A stretch of 43,053 bases of DNA from Octopus sinensis (lineage: Eukaryota): positions 1 through 43,053 of the forward strand of contig NW_021834956.1 in assembly GCF_006345805.1 (NCBI RefSeq), written 5' to 3'. This document shows positions 35,701 to 43,053 of this stretch, piece by piece. The number at the start of each line of letters is the position of its first letter. The first letter of the stretch is position 1. Under the pieces are notes generated by a model. It was not told the DNA's origin. It searched no databases and saw only the letters and a list, made by a program, of their open reading frames with translations. The position numbers and the translations under genes were made by a program.

Positions 35701-38700
35701 AGATAAATTTTTAAGAACTTGCTGCGGGCATCGATCGGGAGTTGAAATTGAAGAAGAAAGTAAGTTGAATTGGGAATTTAAATTGTAGAATCGTAATGGT
35801 AATGGCGATTTTCAAGTTTTAGCATAAGAAGAGAAGAGGAGGAAAAAGACCGCCAATGGCGGAAAGATGGGAAGAGATGGGATTACGGCTTGAGGTAGCC
35901 TAAGGTTAATTTTGTAGAGAGAGAGATAGGAAAGATAAATCAAGTTATGGCGAAGGCTTGAAAGTAGCCTAAAAGTTTAAATTTTCGTAACAATGTATGA
36001 ATAAACGTAGTAACAACGAATAAAAATAGTAAGATAAATTTTTAAGAACTTGCTGCGGGCATCGATCGGGAGTTGAAATTGAAGAAGAAAGTAAGTTGAA
36101 TTGGGAATTTAAATTGTAGAATCGTAATGGTAATGGCGATTTTCAAGTTTTAGCATAAGAAGAAGAAGAGGAGGAAAAAGACCGCCAATGGCGGAAAGAT
36201 GGGAAGAGATGGGATTACGGCTTGAGGTAGCCTAAGGTTAATTTTGTAGAGAGAGAGATAGGAAAGATAAATCAAGTTATGGCGAAGGCTTGAAAGTAGC
36301 CTAAAAGTTTAAATTTTCGTAACAATGTATGAATAAACGTAGTAACAACGAATAAAAATAGTAAGATAAATTTTAAGAACTTGCTGCGGGCATCGATCGG
36401 AGTTGAAATTGAAGAAGAAAGTAAGTTGAATTGGGAATTTAAATTGTAGAATCGTAATGGTAATGGCGATTTTCAAGTTTTAGCATAAGAAGAAGAAGAG
36501 GAGGAAAAAGACCGCCAATGGCTGAAAGATGGGAAGAGATGGGATTACGGCTTGAGGTAGCCTAAGGTTAAATTTTGTAGAGAGAGAGATAGGAAAGATA
36601 AATCAAGTTATGGCGAAGGCTTGAAAGTAGCCTAAAAGGTTAAATTTTCGTAACAATGTATGAATAAACGTAGTAACAACGAATAAAAATAGTAAGATAA
36701 ATTTTTAAGAACTTGCTGCGGGCATCGATCGGGAGTTGAAATTGAAGAAGAAAGTAAGTTGAATTGGGAATTTAAATTGTAGAATCGTAATGGTAATGGC
36801 GATTTTCAAGTTTTAGCATAAGAAGAAGAGGAGGAAAAACCGCCAATGGCGAAAGATGGAAGAGATGGGATTACGGCTTGAGGTAGCCTAAGGTTAAATT
36901 TTGTAGAGAGAGATAGGAAAGATAAATCAAGTTATGGCGAAGGCTTGAAAGTAGCCTAAAAGGTTAAATTTTCGTAACAATGTATGAATAAACGTAGTAA
37001 CAACGAATAAAAATAGTAAGATAAATTTTTAAGAACTTGCTGCGGGCATCGACCAGGAGTTGAAATTGAAGAAGAAAGTAAGTTGAATTGGGAATTTAAA
37101 TTGCAGAATCGTAATGGTAATGGCGATTTTCAAGTTTTAGCATAAGAAGAAGAAGAGGGTGAAAAAAGACCGCCAATGGCGGAAAGATGGGAAGAGATGG
37201 GATTACGGCTTGAGGTAGCCTAAGGTTAAATTTTGTAGAAAGAGAGATAGGAAAGATAAATCAAGTTATGGCGAAGGCTTGAAAGTAGCCTAAAAGGTTA
37301 AATTTTCGTAACAATGTATGAATAAACGTAGTAACAACGAATAAAAATAGTAAGATAAATTTTTAAAACTTGCTGCGCGCATCGATCGGAGTTGAAATTG
37401 AAGAAGAAAGTAAGTTGAATTGGGAATTTAAATTGTAGAATCGTAATGGTAATGGCGATTTTCAAGTTTTAGCATAAGAAGAAGAAGAGGAGGAAAAAGA
37501 CCGCCAATGGCTGAAAGATGGGAAGAGATGGGATTACGGCTGGAGGTAGCCTAAGGTTAAATTTTGTAGAGAGAGAGATAGGAAAGATAAATCAAGTTAT
37601 GGCGAAGGCTTGAAAGTAGCCTAAAAGTTTAAATTTTCGTAACAATGTATGAATAAACGTAGTAACAACGAATAAAAATAGTAAGATAAATTTTTAAGAA
37701 CTTGCTGCGGGCATCGATCGGGAGTTGAAATTGAAGAAGAAAGTAAGTTGAATTGGGAATTTAAATTGTAGAATCGTAATGGTAATGGCGATTTTCAAGT
37801 TTTAGCATAAGAAAAAGAGGAGGAAAAGACCGCCAATGGCGAAAGATGGGAAGAGATGGGATTACGGCTTGAGGTAGCCTAAGGTTAATTTTGTAGAGAG
37901 AGAGATAGGAAAGATAAATCAAGTTATGGCGAAGGCTTGAAAGTAGCCTAAAAGTTTAAATTTTCGTAACAATGTATGAATAAACGTAGTAACAACGAAT
38001 AAAAATAGTAAGATAAATTTTTAAGAACTTGCTGCGGGCATCGATCGGGAGTTGAAATTGAAGAAGAAAGTAAGTTGAATTGGGAATTTAAATTGTAGAA
38101 TCGTAATGGTAATGGCGATTTTCAAGTTTTAGCATAAGAAGAAGAGGAGGAAAAAGACCGCCAATGGCGGAAAGATGGGAAGATGGGATTACGGCTTGAG
38201 GTAGCCTAAGGTTAAATTTTGTAGAGAGAGAGATAGGAAAGATAAATCAAGTTATGGCGAAGGCTTGAAAGTAGCCTAAAAGTTTAAATTTTCATAACAA
38301 TGTATGAATAAACGTAGTAACAACGAATAAAAATAGTAAGATAAATTTTTAAGAACTTGCTGCGGGCATCGATCGGGAGTTGAAATTGAAGAAGAAAGTA
38401 AGTTGAATTGGGAATTTAAATTGTAGAATCGTAATGGTAATGGCGATTTTCAAGTTTTAGCATAAGAAGAAGAAGAGGAGGAAAAAGACCGCCAATGGCT
38501 GAAAGATGGGAAGAGATGGGATTACGGCTTGAGGTAGCCTAAGGTTAAATTTTGTAGAGAGAGAGATAGGAAAGATAAATCAAGTTATGGCGAAGGCTTG
38601 AAAGTAGCCTAAAAGGTTAAATTTTCGTAACAATGTATGAATAAACGTAGTAACAACGAATAAAAATAGTAAGATAAATTTTTAAGAACTTGCTGCGGCA

Positions 38701-41700
38701 TCGATCGGGAGTTGAAATTGAAGAAGAAAGTAAGTTGAATTGGGAATTTAAATTGTAGAATCGTAATGGTAATGGCGATTTTCAAGTTTTAGCATAAGAA
38801 GAAGAGGAGGAAAAAGACCGCCAATGGCTGAAAGATGGGAGAGATGGGATTACGGCTTGAGGTAGCCTAAGGTTAAATTTTGTAGAGAGAGAGATAGGAA
38901 AGATAAATCAAGTTATGGCGAAGGCTTGAAAGTAGCCTAAAAGGTTAAATTTTCGTAACAATGTATGAATAAACGTAGTAACAATAATAAAATAGTAAGA
39001 TAAATTTTTAAGAACTTGCTGCGGGCATCGATCGGGAGTTGAAATTGAAGAAGAAAGTAAGTTGAATTGGGAATTTAAATTGTAGAATCGTAATGGTAAT
39101 GGCGATTTTCAAGTTTTAGCATAAGAAGAAGAAGAGGAGGAAAAAGACCGCCAATGGCGGAAAGATGGGAAGAGATGGGATTACGGCTTGAGGTAGCCTA
39201 AGGTTAAATTTTGTAGAGAGAGAGATAGGAAGATAAATCAAGTTATGGCGAAGGCTTGAAAGTAGCCTAAAAGGTTAAATTTTCGTAACAATGTATGAAT
39301 AAACGTAGTAACAACGAATAAAAATAGTAAGATAAATTTTTAAAACTTGCTGCGCGCATCGATCGGGAGTTGAAATTGAAAGAAAGTAAGTTGAATTGGG
39401 AATTTAAATTGTAGAATCGTAATGGTAATGGCGATTTTCAAGTTTTAGCATAAGAAGAAGAAGAGGAGGAAAAAGACCGCCAATGGCTGAAAGATGGGAA
39501 GAGATGGGATTACGGCTGGAGGTAGCCTAAGGTTAAATTTTGTAGAGAGAGAGATAGGAAAGATAAATCAAGTTATGGCGAAGGCTTGAAAGTAGCCTAA
39601 AAGGTTAAATTTTCGTAACAATGTATGAATAAACGTAGTAACAACGAATAAAAATAGTAATATAAATTTTTAAGAACTTGCTGCGGGCATCGATCGGGAG
39701 TTGAAATTGAAGAAGAAAGTAAGTTGAATTGGGAATTTAAATTGTAGAATCGTAATGGTAATGGCGATTTTCAAGTTTTAGCATAAGAAGAAGAAGAGGA
39801 GGAAAAACCGCCAATGGCGAAAGATGGGAAGAGATGGGATTACGGCTTGAGGTAGCCTAAGGTTAAATTTTGTAGAGAGAGAGATAGGAAAGATAAATCA
39901 AGTTATGGCGAAGGCTTGAAAGTAGCCTAAAAGGTTAAATTTTCGTAACAATGTATGAATAAACGTAGTAACAACGAATAAAAATAGTAAGATAAATTTT
40001 TAAGAACTTGCTGCGGGCATCGATCGGGAGTTGAAATTGAAGAAGAAAGTAAGTTGAATTGGGAATTTAAATTGTAGAATCGTAATGGTAATGGCGATTT
40101 TCAAGTTTTAGCATAAGAAGAAGAAGAGGAGGAAAACCGCCAATGGCGGAAAGATGGGAAGAGATGGGATTACGGCTGAGGTAGCCTAAGTTAAATTTTG
40201 TAGAGAGAGAGCAGGAAAGATAAATCAAGTTATGGCGAAGGCTTGAAAGTAGCCTAAAAGGTTAAATTTTCGTAACAATGTATGAATAAACGTAGTAACA
40301 ACGAATAAAAATAGTAAGATAAATTTTTAAGAACTTGCTGCGGGCATCGATCGGGAGTTGAAATTGAAGAAGAAAGTAAGTTGAATTGGGAATTTAAATT
40401 GTAGAATCGTAATGGTAATGGCGATTTTCAAGTTTTAGCATAAGAAGAAGAAGAGGAGGAAAAAGACCGCCAATGGCGGAAAGATGGGAAGAGATGGGAT
40501 TACGGCTTGAGGTAGCCTAAGGTTAAATTTTGTAGAGAGAGAGATAGGAAAGATAAATCAAGTTATGGCGAAGGCTTGAAAGTAGCCTAAAAGGTTAAAT
40601 TTTCGTAACAATGTATGAATAAACGTAGTAACAACGAATAAAAATAGTAAGATAAATTTTTAAGAACTTGCTGCGGGCATCGATCGGGAGTTGAAATTGA
40701 AGAAGAAAGTAAGTTGAATTGGGAATTTAAATTGTAGAATCGTAATGGTAATGGCGATTTTCAAGTTTTAGCATAAGAAGAAGAGGAGGAAAAAGACCGC
40801 CAATGGCGAAAATGGGAAGGAGATGGGATTACGGCTTGAGGTAGCCTAAGGTTAAATTTTGTAGAGAGAGAGATAGGAAAGATAAATCAAGTTATGGCGA
40901 AGGCTTGAAAGTAGCCTAAAAGGTTAAATTTTCGTAACAATGTATGAATAAACGTAGTAACAACGAATAAAAATAGTAAGATAAATTTTTAAGAACTTGC
41001 TGCGGGCATCGATCGGGAGTTGAAATTGAAGAAGAAGTAAGTTGAATTGGGAATTTAAATTGTAGAATCGTAATGGTAATGGCGATTTTCAAGTTTTAGC
41101 ATAAGAAGAAGAGGAGGAGGAAAAGACCGCCAATGGCGAAAGATGGGAAGAGATGGGATTACGGCTTGAGGTAGCCTAAGGTTAATTTTGTAGAGAGAGA
41201 GATAGGAAAGATAAATCAAGTTATGGCGAAGGCTTGAAAGTAGCCTAAAAGTTTAAATTTTCGTAACAATGTATGAATAAACGTAGTAACAACGAATAAA
41301 AATAGTAAGATAAATTTTTAAGAACTTGCTGCGGGCATCGATCGGGAGTTGAAATTGAAGAAGAAAGTAAGTTGATTGGGAATTTAAATTGTAGAATCGT
41401 AATGGTAATGGCGATTTTCAAGTTTTAGCATAAGAAGAAGAGAGGAAAAAGACCGCCAATGGCGGAAAGATGGGAAGAAATGGGATTACGGCTTGAGGTA
41501 GCCTAAGGTTAAATTTTGTAGAGAGAGAGATAGGAAAGATAAATCAAGTTATGGCGAAGGCTTGAAAGTAGCCTAAAAGGTTAAATTTTCGTAACAATGT
41601 ATGAATAAACGTAGTAACAACGAATAAAAATAGTAAGATAAATTTTTAAGAACTTGCTGCGGGCATCGATCGGAGTTGAAATTGAAGAAGAAAGTAAGTT

Positions 41701-42965
41701 GAATTGGGAATTTAAATTGTAGAATCGTAATGGTAATGGCGATTTTCAAGTTTTAGCATAAGAAGAAGAGAGGAGGAAAAAGACCGCCAATGGCGGAAAG
41801 ATGGAAGAGATGGGATTACGGCTTGAGGTAGCCTAAGGTTAAATTTTGTAGAGAGAGAGATAGGAAAGATAAATCAAGTTATGGCGAAGGCTTGAAAGTA
41901 GCCTAAAAGGTTAAATTTTCGTAACAATGTATGAATAAACGTAGTAACAACGAATAAAAATAGTAATATAAATTTTTAAGAACTTGCTGCGGGCATCGAT
42001 CGGGAGTTGAAATTGAAGAAGAAAGTAAGTTGAATTGGGAATTTAAATTGTAGAATCGTAATGGTAATGGCGATTTTCAAGTTTTAGCATAAGAAGAAGA
42101 AGAGGAGGAAAAAGACCGCCAATGGCTGAAAGATGGGAAGAGATGGGATTACGGCTTGAGGTAGCCTAAGGTTAAATTTTGTAGAGAGAGAGATAGGAAA
42201 GATAAATCAAGTTATGGCGAAGGCTTGAAAGTAGCCTAAAAGGTTAAATTTTCGGAACAATGTATGAAGAAACGTAGTAACAACGAATAAAAATAGTAAG
42301 ATAAATCTTTAAGAACTTGCTGCGGGCATCGATCGGGAGTTGAAATTGAAGAAGAAAGTAAGTTGAATTGGGAATTTAAATTGTAGAATCGTAATGGTAA
42401 TGGCGATTTTCAAGTTTTAGCATAAGAAGAAGAGGAGGAAAAAGACCGCCAATGGCTGAAAGATGGGAAGAGATGGGATTACGGCTTGAGGTAGCCTAAG
42501 GTTAAATTTTGTAGAGAGAGAGATAGGAAAGATAAATCAAGTTATGGCGAAGGCTTGAAAGTAGCCTAAAAGGTTAAATTTTCGTAACAATGTATGAATA
42601 AACGTAGTAACAACGAATAAAAATAGTAAGATAGATTTTTAAGAACTTGCTGCGGGCATCGATCGGGAGTTGAAATTGAAGAAGAAAGTAAGTTGAATTG
42701 GGAATTTAAATTGTAGAATCGTAATGGTAATGGCGATTTTCAAGTTTTAGCATAAGAAGAAGAAGAGGAGGAAAAAGACCGCCAATGGCGGAAAGATGGG
42801 AAGAGATGGATTACGGCTTGAGGTAGCCTAAGGTTAATTTTGTAGAGAGAGAGATAGGAAAGATAATCAAGTTATGGCGAAGGCTTGAAAGTAGCCTAAA
42901 AGGTTAAATTTTCGTAACAATGTATGAATAAACGTAGTAACAACGAATAAAAATAGTAATATAAT
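17718..42965. repeat. Satellite-like tandem array, ~331-bp monomer, ~76.5 copies head-to-tail
   Basis: 77 counted occurrences of the GCCAATGG anchor (two with a 1-bp indel) from 17719 to 42781, spaced ~322-334 bp. No insertion or inversion seen. Confidence 0.99.
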
Positions 42966-43053
42966 AGGAGAATTCATAAAAAAAGACGAGACAAGTAGCG
43001 TAGACAAAAAAAGACTTTAACGTTTCGAGCCTACGCTCTTCCACACAGCAAGC
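42966..43053 (-). mobile_element. Penelope-like terminal repeat fragment with hammerhead-like motif, truncated by the window end
   Basis: The minus strand reads GTGGAA-GAGC-gtag-GCTC-GAAACGTT...GAATTCTCCTA, homologous to 12706-12800. Confidence 0.6.

Noticed and set aside
17718-42965. CRISPR array
   Set aside because: Units are whole-length repeats with no unique spacers, there are no cas genes, and the context is eukaryotic.
17718-42965. Retrozyme (tandem hammerhead circRNA unit of ~300 nt)
   Set aside because: The size fits, but I found no CUGANGA-stem-GAAA core in the monomer on either strand by eye. An Infernal search would be needed to exclude other ribozyme classes.
17718-42965. 5S rDNA, tRNA, snRNA or histone tandem gene array
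   Set aside because: No recognisable Pol III boxes, cloverleaf, Sm site or histone coding sequence.

Overview
AT-rich, microsatellite-dense animal genomic DNA. The SINE and Penelope-type repeats resemble the octopus/cephalopod repeat landscape; this taxon call is inferred from recalled families, not a database search. Left 17 kb: the 3' part of a minus-strand spliced gene that the ORF track misses. Its five phase-compatible GT-AG exons (15247-15067, 11033-10891, 9047-8997, 6614-6543, 4622-4423) give 214 aa: a last ankyrin-type repeat resembling Mind bomb, one RING-HC finger, a short linker and a C-terminal death domain. A sixth candidate exon lies at 15444-15392. The introns and flanks are packed with decayed SINEs, RTE and R2/NeSL-like LINE fragments, a Tc1/mariner relic, Penelope-like terminal-repeat relics with hammerhead-like motifs, a 65-bp-arm hairpin and local duplications. 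Right 25 kb (17718-42965): one uninterrupted head-to-tail array of a ~331-bp monomer, with 77 occurrences of the GCCAATGG anchor (76 full periods plus a partial). On the left it is fused to a GC-rich minisatellite body and a (GAT)n-tailed retroelement end; on the right it is capped by a Penelope-like terminal repeat. Because the gene's upstream exons are not in the window, the array probably sits inside one of its introns. Many 1-bp indels suggest long-read consensus error.
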